IMG/VR virus record: IMGVR_UViG_3300035135_001896
Span: 1 to 41,701 of that record
DNA from: a virus
Lineage: Duplodnaviria > Caudoviricetes
Length of the DNA: 41,701 bases
Strand: one strand, 5' to 3'
Below, one piece after another: positions 16,967-25,068 of this stretch (its first letter is position 1; every line of letters starts with the position of its first letter). The notes beneath the pieces were generated by a model. The model was given only the letters and a program-made list of their open reading frames with translations. It was not told the origin of the DNA and ran no database searches. The position numbers and the translations under genes were made by a program.

Positions 16967-18820
16967 ATGCCTGCACAGTGGCCTACATTTATTAAGAACG
17001 TGTCAGACAGACTGGTCAGTAATTCTAAATCATCTGGCCCAGATAGCAGAGATGAGTTTGCACTTTTCGTAGCAACTGAGTATTTTAATGCGGTCAATGG
17101 TAAAGCTCAATCTCCTTTCGGCGATACTCATGTTCCTGGTCAAAAAGCAATTTTAGATAATGGGTTTAAAAAGGCTTTTAAAGAAATCTATGAAAACGAA
17201 AGAATTGAGTTTGATGATAAATTCACAATGCCGGCTTTTGCCGAATTTAACGAGCCTACGGTAGTTCCTAATTTCAAGACAGACGTTGCATGCGACATAT
17301 TAAATTGTATCGATCAGAGTAAAGATACTACCGTCGAGTATGTAGATTACAGATCGAGTGGCAATCCCACCAAAACACATACATATAGTAAGTTTAAATA
17401 CTTTCCTTTATTTCCTTCATTATGCCCAGTACCATATACTGATGAAATTGACTTTACAGGTGGAATTAACATGGAAGATTTTATCTCTGAAAAAATAGCA
17501 GACGAACAAGGCTTAATTAATGAAGCTGAAAATAAAGAGCGTCTTTTCGCTACTATGACGATACTTGGTTTTACAAAAGGAGTTGACTATAAATTCTTAT
17601 ATTCAATAAACGGAGAAGACCAGCCTTTAGCCGCAGCTGATGAGAATGGTATTTTAGTTGTTCCAGTTTCAGTACAATCTGGTGAATATCAATATACCTT
17701 TAAATCTGTTTTTGATAGTGAAGGTAATTTTATCAAAGATATTAATAAGACTGTGACCGCCATCATCGATGAGGTAGGAAAATCAACTATTGTAAATGTA
17801 TTAGAAGATGAGTCTGACAAAAATGAACCTACTCCTAAATTTCCTGAAATAGTTAGAGAAAATATAGGAAACAAAAACAATAAAGACTTTAAAGAATTTT
17901 TAGCAGACGCTATTGTTGAAAGAGTTCTTCTACAAAATGATGAAAGCGAGCAGTTTAAAGATTGGGCAAAAAGCTTAGATGACGTATACTCTTTCGCCTA
18001 TGGAAGTTATCCTAGAGATATAGGAAAACTAGCTTGGAAGAAGATTGAAGAGTTGCAGAAAACAGTAAATCAAAAACTTATTGATGAAGGGTTTTTTGGC
18101 ACCAATCAATCACAACTAACTAGAAATGTACAGTCAACTTTAGATAAAATCTATAATGCACATGATATAAAGGATATTAGAGATAATTCCAAGATAAATC
18201 AATACGCGTGGCAACCTGATTCTGAATTTGACCCTGATTTACCAGATTGGTTAGATACTAAATTCATAGCCGCATTTACGTACGATAAAGACCTTGACGG
18301 GTTTACAATAGGCAACAATAGAAACTTTCAAGAGATTAATGTTAGAAGAAAAAAGGTTGACAGACATAAAATAGAAAGAGATAAATGGTTTAATACTTTA
18401 ACTGCATGTGTTAGTAACAAGGAATTTGAACAAGAAGGTGGAGTAGGAGGTTGCCAAGGCGATGGATATGATTTAATGGCAGAAACTATTATTGATTATT
18501 GGAAAAGCTGTGCTGTTCAGCCTTTAAAGAAATCTCCACCTATTCCACCATGTAACACTACTGCTCCACTGGGAGGTATATATGCCCCAATATATTATGG
18601 AGACAAGTGTAAATTAGCAGGCAACCTAAGAAAAGCATGGAACAATGGTAAGAAATTTAAAGTTGCAGGTTTACATAGGCCTCCTGCGAATAAGGTTGCG
18701 ACTGCGGTGGCAGCTGCATGTAGCTTACATTTGTTAGAACTAAAATTCATATATTTAGGAGGAATCACTACACCCGGAGGACCTGTTCCTATGATTGGTT
18801 TTATGCCGACCGTTTTTTAA
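16967..18820 (+). CDS. Putative spike-associated structural protein
   Basis: 617 aa ORF directly after the spike gene; Pro/Gly/Cys-rich hydrophobic C-terminal domain. Confidence 0.5.
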   Translation: MPAQWPTFIKNVSDRLVSNSKSSGPDSRDEFALFVATEYFNAVNGKAQSPFGDTHVPGQKAILDNGFKKAFKEIYENERIEFDDKFTMPAFAEFNEPTVVPNFKTDVACDILNCIDQSKDTTVEYVDYRSSGNPTKTHTYSKFKYFPLFPSLCPVPYTDEIDFTGGINMEDFISEKIADEQGLINEAENKERLFATMTILGFTKGVDYKFLYSINGEDQPLAAADENGILVVPVSVQSGEYQYTFKSVFDSEGNFIKDINKTVTAIIDEVGKSTIVNVLEDESDKNEPTPKFPEIVRENIGNKNNKDFKEFLADAIVERVLLQNDESEQFKDWAKSLDDVYSFAYGSYPRDIGKLAWKKIEELQKTVNQKLIDEGFFGTNQSQLTRNVQSTLDKIYNAHDIKDIRDNSKINQYAWQPDSEFDPDLPDWLDTKFIAAFTYDKDLDGFTIGNNRNFQEINVRRKKVDRHKIERDKWFNTLTACVSNKEFEQEGGVGGCQGDGYDLMAETIIDYWKSCAVQPLKKSPPIPPCNTTAPLGGIYAPIYYGDKCKLAGNLRKAWNNGKKFKVAGLHRPPANKVATAVAAACSLHLLELKFIYLGGITTPGGPVPMIGFMPTVF

Positions 18821-18838
18821 ACCCTATTTGCGTTAACG

Positions 18839-18846
18839 GATATATA
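18839..18846 (+). promoter_or_regulatory. Putative late promoter GATATATA
   Basis: Intergenic, upstream of the S1-like gene. Confidence 0.65.
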
Positions 18847-18885
18847 AAAAGTATAATTTACAGTTTAACCTTTAAAAAAATATAA

Positions 18886-20079
18886 ATGATTGAAGAAATC
18901 TTAGACTCTCAGATCGAAACAGAAGAATTTGACTGGGATGCTTATGAGGCACATTGCCCAACAAAAACTAGAAAACCAAATCCTCACATTAAAGCTCCAC
19001 AAGGAGTAAAAGTATTTTCTAGAGAACCTTACGCCCAAGAACTTTTAGACCTTTATGAAAACCACGACAGAGATGGTGGTGTAGTCTTTAATGTTCAAAT
19101 AGGTCAAACTTATTCAGGTAAAATATATGCAATCGAAGACCACTGGGCTTCGGTTGATATAGGGTACAGAGAAAATGTTTACATTGATTTAAACAGAGAA
19201 GACTCTGAAATCAGAGAAAACATTGCAGCTGGAATGTTGGTTGATGTAGAAGTAACTTCTGATAAATCTTCTAACAAGAGAGGGTTTGTCATAGGTTCTA
19301 TTGGTGCTGGAATGGCAACTGCTAAATTCAACGAAATTCTAGCTTCTATAGAAGAAGGTAATACAGCCTATGTAGGTAAAGTCTTAAAGATGATTCCGGG
19401 TGGAGGATACATGGTAGATATTCAAGGAGTTGAGTGTTTTATGCCAGGTTCTTTAGCAGGTATTAACAAGCTTCATGATTTTGAATCGATCATTGGACAA
19501 GAAATGTATTTTGTTCCTGTAACATACTCAAATGAAAAGTCTACAATTGTTGTTTCTCATAGAAAGTATTTACAGGCAATGATTCCTGGTCAAATAGAAA
19601 AATTAAAAGGTGACCTTGAAAATACTCAAAAGGGTCATGTAACTGGAAGCGCTAAGTATGGTGTCTTTGTTGAATTTAACACGTGTCTTACTGGTATGAT
19701 TCATATAAATGACCTATCTCCAGAATACTTAAAAAGACACAAGAAACAAGACATTAAGCCAGGTGAAGAAATAGAATTTAAGATTAAAGATATTATTAGT
19801 AATACGAAAATAACGTTAACACAAGTTGAAAGAGTTGAGAGAGTAAATCCTTGGAATGGAGTTTCTAAAAAATACTCTACACCATGTAGAGTTGATGGTA
19901 AAATCAAATCCGTTAAAGATTATGGTGTATTTATAGAAATTGAAGACGGTGTTGCAGGATTACTTCACATCTCAGAACTTCCTGAAAATTCAATAAAAGA
20001 GTACGAGCAGGGTAATACTGTTAATGTTGAAATATCAAGAATAGAGGAAGAAACCAGAAAAGTTTTCTTAAAGCTGTAA
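18886..20079 (+). CDS. rpsA: Ribosomal protein S1 (bS1) homologue with four S1 domains
   Basis: S1 repeats: GKIYAI..ASVDIGY; GKVLK..GGYMVDIQGVECFMPGS; GHVTG..YGVFVEF..TGMIHINDLS; GKIKSVKDYGVFIEIEDGVAGLLHISEL. Confidence 0.85.
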   Translation: MIEEILDSQIETEEFDWDAYEAHCPTKTRKPNPHIKAPQGVKVFSREPYAQELLDLYENHDRDGGVVFNVQIGQTYSGKIYAIEDHWASVDIGYRENVYIDLNREDSEIRENIAAGMLVDVEVTSDKSSNKRGFVIGSIGAGMATAKFNEILASIEEGNTAYVGKVLKMIPGGGYMVDIQGVECFMPGSLAGINKLHDFESIIGQEMYFVPVTYSNEKSTIVVSHRKYLQAMIPGQIEKLKGDLENTQKGHVTGSAKYGVFVEFNTCLTGMIHINDLSPEYLKRHKKQDIKPGEEIEFKIKDIISNTKITLTQVERVERVNPWNGVSKKYSTPCRVDGKIKSVKDYGVFIEIEDGVAGLLHISELPENSIKEYEQGNTVNVEISRIEEETRKVFLKL

Positions 20080-20087
20080 AAAAGTCA

Positions 20088-20127
20088 GCTTAAAATTTTT
20101 CCGGGTCGTATTTTTTTTGTATATTTA
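20088..20127 (+). promoter_or_regulatory. Putative early (host sigma-A type) promoter with no downstream ORF
   Basis: GCTTAAAATTTTT-N4-GTCG-N10-GTATATTTA, matching 3041-3081. Confidence 0.55.
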
Positions 20128-20131
20128 CTAA

Positions 20132-20191
20132 AAGATACTTAGATTTTTTTAAGAGTGGAAGCCTGGGCGATAACCAGGCTTTCTTCTTTTT
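20132..20191 (+). ncRNA. Candidate ~60-nt small RNA
   Basis: ATG-free interval between the early-type promoter and an intrinsic terminator; ends approximate. Confidence 0.3.
20157..20191 (+). terminator. Intrinsic terminator
   Basis: Stem GGAAGCCTGG / CCAGGCTTTC with loop GCGATAA, followed by TTCTTTTT. Confidence 0.8.
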
Positions 20192-20196
20192 AGAGA

Positions 20197-20204
20197 GATA
20201 TATA
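20197..20204 (+). promoter_or_regulatory. Putative late promoter GATATATA
   Basis: Immediately after the terminator, upstream of the amidoligase gene. Confidence 0.7.
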
Positions 20205-20229
20205 AACCAACTTAAGTATACATTCTAGA

Positions 20230-21522
20230 ATGAATAACATAACTGAATCTAAATTTCTGTCAAATGCTCTTGTCGGAGTAGAGTTTGAGTTTTACTCTAA
20301 TCTTAGTATTGAGAAAACTGCAAAAGAACTCGGTTCTCTGTTAGGTAAGAAAATCAGAGTAGAAGACAAGGCTCATAGTGATTTTGAGGTAACTGATAAA
20401 GAGTTTAAGCTCGAGCCTGATATGAGTGGAGGTGCTAAATTAATGGAATTAGTTACAGGTGCCTTACCTTATCACAACGCAAGACTTATGATTATCAGGG
20501 TTTGTGATTGGATTTCTAAAAACGGTTACACTAATGACAGGTCTTCAATACATTTGAATCTTTCATTTGACAAGAATAAGATAGGTGATAAGTATAGAAT
20601 ATCTAAAATGAACGTCTTAAAATTTATTTTAGATTTCAAAGAATCTCAAGTATTTAAGTTTTTTCCAGATAGAGAAAATTCAGCTTACGCAAAATCAATT
20701 AAATTTGTTTTACCTAAGAGTGACGTTTATACATTCGATGGAAATCATATAAACGCAAACAACTTTATTTTTCCTGACTCTAAGTACTATGGAGTTAACT
20801 TTGAAAAGAGACATAAAAATTATTTAGAATTTAGATATTTAGGTGGGCAAGATTGGGAAAAGAAAACTTCTAAAATACTTCATGTTTTAGATTTATTTTT
20901 AACACAGTTATGGAATAGTACTGAGTCAAAGGAGTTTACTCAAATGAACTCAATAGAGCTTAGAAAAATTCTTGCAAAAAATGACAGAGTGATTAAATCT
21001 TTTCACGACTGGAGAGAGATTGAAAAAGGTTGGAAAAATGTTGAATTTTTTGTAGACCTTAAAAAAGACCCTAAGATATTAGACTTATATTGGCCTATGG
21101 TTAGAGAAAGAGTTATTAAGTTGTTTACACACGGCGACCTTTCTTCGGGTAAAATTAATTATGACTCTGATGTTGGTAGAATTCAAGTTGAAGGAGGAAG
21201 ATTAGAGTATTGTGTAGATATTCAAGCCTATGAATTCGTAAAGTGTTATTTGAGAGGAGAGCTCTTACAGTGCGATATTTTTGGATGTGATGTAGAAGGA
21301 GCTGATATTACGGAATGTAATTTCTATCAATCTACACAAATAAACGGTTCTAAGATTAAAAGTTCTTATGTACACAGTTCAGTCGTAGCAAAAGACTGCT
21401 ATATATACGGAAAAGGTACATTTAAAGGAACGATGTATGGTGGTATTTTTAGAGAAGGAATGTATGATAAGAAAACCGCCAAGTTTAATGAGACTGAAAT
21501 GATACTATATACTGAAGTATGA
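20230..21522 (+). CDS. Putative amidoligase (COOH-NH2 ligase, Amidoligase_2-like) with a C-terminal beta-repeat region
   Basis: VGVEFEF, LEPDMSG, ELVT, SSIHLNLS, KYYGVNF, LEFRYLGG motifs in order; C-terminal ~100 aa of short pentapeptide-like beta repeats. Confidence 0.8.
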   Translation: MNNITESKFLSNALVGVEFEFYSNLSIEKTAKELGSLLGKKIRVEDKAHSDFEVTDKEFKLEPDMSGGAKLMELVTGALPYHNARLMIIRVCDWISKNGYTNDRSSIHLNLSFDKNKIGDKYRISKMNVLKFILDFKESQVFKFFPDRENSAYAKSIKFVLPKSDVYTFDGNHINANNFIFPDSKYYGVNFEKRHKNYLEFRYLGGQDWEKKTSKILHVLDLFLTQLWNSTESKEFTQMNSIELRKILAKNDRVIKSFHDWREIEKGWKNVEFFVDLKKDPKILDLYWPMVRERVIKLFTHGDLSSGKINYDSDVGRIQVEGGRLEYCVDIQAYEFVKCYLRGELLQCDIFGCDVEGADITECNFYQSTQINGSKIKSSYVHSSVVAKDCYIYGKGTFKGTMYGGIFREGMYDKKTAKFNETEMILYTEV

Positions 21523-21752
21523 AACATTTAAATAATTTTAACGAGTTTATTAAAGAGTCTTCTGAAAAAGTGGATGAAACACTTGTATATAGAGGGATTC
21601 CACATTCTTTATTAAAAGATATGATACCTTCTGAAATGACTAATGTATATAATGACGAAGATAGGCCAAAAGTCACTAAGTTACTTAAAGACCTAAAGGA
21701 CACGATAAATAAATTCTGGAAAGACCATAAAATAAATAGAAAAATAAAGTAA
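21519..21752 (+). CDS. Small hypothetical protein, putative internal head protein
   Basis: N-terminus MKHLNNFNEFIKES; ATGA overlap with the amidoligase gene. Confidence 0.6.
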   Translation: MKHLNNFNEFIKESSEKVDETLVYRGIPHSLLKDMIPSEMTNVYNDEDRPKVTKLLKDLKDTINKFWKDHKINRKIK

Positions 21753-21756
21753 AGAA

Positions 21757-22590
21757 ATGAGTAATATATTTGTAGGTGATAATAACGCGTTAAACACTCC
21801 ACCTTCTTACGATAGCGAATGTTTTAATAACTTCGTTAACGAATTAGCGGATGATGTTACCGGCTCATGTATGATTCCTATGAATCTTCCTAAAAAGGAG
21901 GTTCAAAACATAGTTAAAAGGGCTAAGAAATGGTTCTATAAGAATTATGAGTACTCTGTTAAAGAGAACTTTTTAATAATTCCAAAAGAGGTATTTGAAA
22001 CAGATGCTTTTAAAAATAGCAGAAGCCTTACCCTTCCAGCGATGAACGCTGCAACAGGAGGTGGAGAAGTATATTCAGTTTACGGTGTACAAGAAACTGG
22101 AACAAGATATGGTGCAGGAATGGACGTTGACTTTACTTCTGGTGATTTTGCTATCGAAAGAATGATGTATCAAGGTTTATATGGTGGAGCAAACCTTGTA
22201 GAAGGTGCAGAAAACTTACAGTATTATGTAGTTAATGAGTCTTACTTTGATTTAGTTAGACAAATCCTTCATAATCCTATTAGCTATAATTATAGTAGAT
22301 TAACACATGAACTTAAATTTACAGGAGAGACCCCTCAGAAAGACTGTGTTTTAAACGTTTACGAAACAATTCCAGAATGTGCACTGTTTGGTGATGAAGC
22401 ATTCTTTAGATATTGTGCTGCTAAAATTAAAGTTTCTCTTGGGCAAAAGATGAGTATATTCGGTTACTCTCTTCCTGGAAATATAGAAGTAAATCCAGAT
22501 GCAATTCAAGGTTTAGGTGAAACTGAACTTGAAGCAGTAATTGAAGAAATAAAAGGAGATGAAGGCGTCGACTGGATGATGCATTCTTAA
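21757..22590 (+). CDS. Putative neck/head-completion protein (T4 gp13-like)
   Basis: YNYSRLTHELKF, F.RY..A..K..LG......SLPG....N...I...G..EL..V.EEI C-terminal pattern. Confidence 0.65.
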   Translation: MSNIFVGDNNALNTPPSYDSECFNNFVNELADDVTGSCMIPMNLPKKEVQNIVKRAKKWFYKNYEYSVKENFLIIPKEVFETDAFKNSRSLTLPAMNAATGGGEVYSVYGVQETGTRYGAGMDVDFTSGDFAIERMMYQGLYGGANLVEGAENLQYYVVNESYFDLVRQILHNPISYNYSRLTHELKFTGETPQKDCVLNVYETIPECALFGDEAFFRYCAAKIKVSLGQKMSIFGYSLPGNIEVNPDAIQGLGETELEAVIEEIKGDEGVDWMMHS

Positions 22591-22593
22591 ATA

Positions 22594-22601
22594 AATATAT
22601 A
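22594..22601 (+). promoter_or_regulatory. Putative late promoter AATATATA
   Basis: In a 16-nt spacer, 5 nt before ATG 22607. Confidence 0.55.
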
Positions 22602-22606
22602 GATAA

Positions 22607-22960
22607 ATGGAATTCTATATCAGAGACGTTGGAGACCCTAATTTCGATCAGAATAAATTAGAAGCTGGCTCAGAAATTGCGCAGCTTTTAACTCAGATCG
22701 AAACTCTTCTTTTTACAAGAAAAGGAGATGTAATGGGAGAACCTAATTTTGGTGCAAATTTAGACGATCTGGTATATGCCTTAAGGTATAATGACAGAAT
22801 GATAGCAAGTACAATAGAAGACCAATTAGAAACCTTTGTACCTCTATCTAGAAAATATAACACGAGAGTGAATGTTGACTTCACAGAAGAAGTAGACCGT
22901 CACCTGTTGTTTGTAAATATAGATATAGACTCTAAGTATCAAGTAGGAGTTTACATATAA
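22607..22960 (+). CDS. Baseplate wedge subunit (gp25/GPW-like)
   Basis: QIETLLFTRKGDVMGEPNFGANL..LV signature. Confidence 0.85.
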   Translation: MEFYIRDVGDPNFDQNKLEAGSEIAQLLTQIETLLFTRKGDVMGEPNFGANLDDLVYALRYNDRMIASTIEDQLETFVPLSRKYNTRVNVDFTEEVDRHLLFVNIDIDSKYQVGVYI

Positions 22961-22975
22961 AATTAAAAAATAAAA

Positions 22976-24796
22976 ATGGCAGATAATAATTTCTTAAGTA
23001 CTTCTAGAATTCGTGTCAACGAGATGATTGCTGACACAAAGGCATATATGACCAGAGTCTATAATAAGACCGGTGAGCTTTTTACAACAGCGTCTCCTTT
23101 TGCACAAATTTTACAAGTTTTAAAACAACTAACGGGTTTAGTTTTCTTTTATATAGAAGACGCAACAGTTGAACAAAATATATTAACTGCACAAAACCCT
23201 GAATCTATTTATGGTCTCTCAAGGCTAGCGGGTCACGATCCATTCAGAGGTGCCTCAGCTACAGGTGAGATTAAACTTAGATTAAACACATCAGGAGCTA
23301 GTGAACTTGCAGGAGATGCTCTTAATATACCAGCTAATTGTATTATCAAGTCAAATGATAACACCTTAGATTACATCTTAAGAACTAACAACGATCAATT
23401 TAGAATAGACAAGAGCAATTCTGAATATGTTTTTGTTCCGGTTATACAAGGTACTTTAGAATCTCAAACTGTAACGGGAACAGGAGAAGATTTTCAATCA
23501 TTTAACATAATTACAAAATCGAACACAGACCATCATCATGTAAAGGTATCTGTTAATTCAATTCCTTGGACGAAGTATGATTCTATGTATGATATGAAAA
23601 AAGACACTGAAGGGTTCTTGGTTAAAACTGGAATTTCAGGAGGTTTAGATATTTATTTTGGAAACGGCTCTTTTGGTAAAGTTCCTACAACAGGTTCTTC
23701 AATTATGGTCGAGTATATTAAAACAGACGGCGCAGCGGGTAACTTAATTGGTTCAAAAGACCTTACTTTTAAATTTGAAACTGAAGGAAGTGATAGCCTA
23801 GGAAATCTATATAATTTAAATGACCTATTAGAGTCTTCATTCACAGTTACACCTAGATTAGGAGCTGACCCTGAAAATTTAGAATTAACTAAATTGATAG
23901 CTCCATTACAATCCAATTCATTTGTTCTTGCAAGACCTGAAAATTACGAACACTTCTTATCAAGATACGGAATGTTCTCTTATTTAGATGCATACAATAC
24001 AACCGAAGACGGTTACATAGACGATGATAATGTAATTTATTTGTTTATGCTACCTGATACTAAAAGAAAATTAACTAAAGATAAAGATTACTTTAGCTTA
24101 AGTGTAGATGAATTTACATTTTCTCAGTTAGAAAAAGATGCAATCTTAGAATTAATTGAAAATTCTAATCAACAGATGGTAACAACTGAAGTTAAGATAG
24201 TTGAACCAAGTGTACAGTATTTTAGAATGGACGTTAAGGTAAGATACTTTGAAGGTTATCACAAAGAAACTTTATCTACTCAAATTAGAACAAAAATATC
24301 AGATTATTTAATGTCTATCACAAGAAGAGACAGACTTCCTAAATCAGATATTGTCGCATTGTTAGAAGGAATAGAAGGCATAGACTCTGTAAATGTTAGA
24401 TTTACTTCTAAAGCTGAAGAAGACGCAAGAAGACAAGGATTTTATACCGTTCAAACTGTCACTGTAACCCCTTCTACCCCAGTTCTTGAAGATATTGGAA
24501 ATGGAAAACAAAAATATGTTTTCTTTAAAAGAAACGTTAAAAACACACAAGTTTCATTTGAAAGTGGTGCAGCTCTTCCTGAAGATGTAATTAATTTAGA
24601 TTCCTTTGGAGATATTATTTTAGGAAAAGAAGAAATAGCTTTATTTAGAGGAGGCTGGAACGATAGAGATAATGTTTTAGTCAAAGATGGAGCAGCGACC
24701 GGTGAGATGGCAGCTTTATCAATTTATTTTGATGAACCTGCAATTCCTAACACAGTGTTCACTAGAATACAGGCTAAAAACAGAAACCTTCTATAA
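22976..24796 (+). CDS. Baseplate wedge protein (T4 gp6/baseplate J-like)
   Basis: SIYGLSRLAG, VPVIQG, IYFGNG.FGK.P..G..I.VEY..TDG..GN, GADPE...K..AP, ENYE.F motifs; follows the gp25-like gene. Confidence 0.85.
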   Translation: MADNNFLSTSRIRVNEMIADTKAYMTRVYNKTGELFTTASPFAQILQVLKQLTGLVFFYIEDATVEQNILTAQNPESIYGLSRLAGHDPFRGASATGEIKLRLNTSGASELAGDALNIPANCIIKSNDNTLDYILRTNNDQFRIDKSNSEYVFVPVIQGTLESQTVTGTGEDFQSFNIITKSNTDHHHVKVSVNSIPWTKYDSMYDMKKDTEGFLVKTGISGGLDIYFGNGSFGKVPTTGSSIMVEYIKTDGAAGNLIGSKDLTFKFETEGSDSLGNLYNLNDLLESSFTVTPRLGADPENLELTKLIAPLQSNSFVLARPENYEHFLSRYGMFSYLDAYNTTEDGYIDDDNVIYLFMLPDTKRKLTKDKDYFSLSVDEFTFSQLEKDAILELIENSNQQMVTTEVKIVEPSVQYFRMDVKVRYFEGYHKETLSTQIRTKISDYLMSITRRDRLPKSDIVALLEGIEGIDSVNVRFTSKAEEDARRQGFYTVQTVTVTPSTPVLEDIGNGKQKYVFFKRNVKNTQVSFESGAALPEDVINLDSFGDIILGKEEIALFRGGWNDRDNVLVKDGAATGEMAALSIYFDEPAIPNTVFTRIQAKNRNLL

Positions 24797-25068
24797 TGGC
24801 AGATTTACATACTAATTTATTTAAGGTTAGAAGAAAGAGAACCTATGACGCAAGAAAAGGTGCAGTTGATAATAGAAAAAATCTAGGAAACGACTATACT
24901 GAGAATGCGCTTAAGAACTCTATTTCGCCATATATTTTTAGAAACAAGTATATGAATGACTTTGTAACTTTAATTCAGCTTGTAGTAAGCGATCTTGTAG
25001 ACGCAGTTACAACTTTAAAATTACACAAATCATATACGCACAGTAAAAGAGATAAAAAGGTTAGATAA
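24796..25068 (+). CDS. Small putative baseplate protein
   Basis: 90 aa basic ORF TAATG-coupled to both neighbours. Confidence 0.6.
   Translation: MADLHTNLFKVRRKRTYDARKGAVDNRKNLGNDYTENALKNSISPYIFRNKYMNDFVTLIQLVVSDLVDAVTTLKLHKSYTHSKRDKKVR

Noticed and set aside
20135-20219. Pairing of ATACTTA in the candidate sRNA with TAAGTAT in the amidoligase leader
   Set aside because: Only 7-8 bp in AT-rich DNA; not distinguishable from chance.
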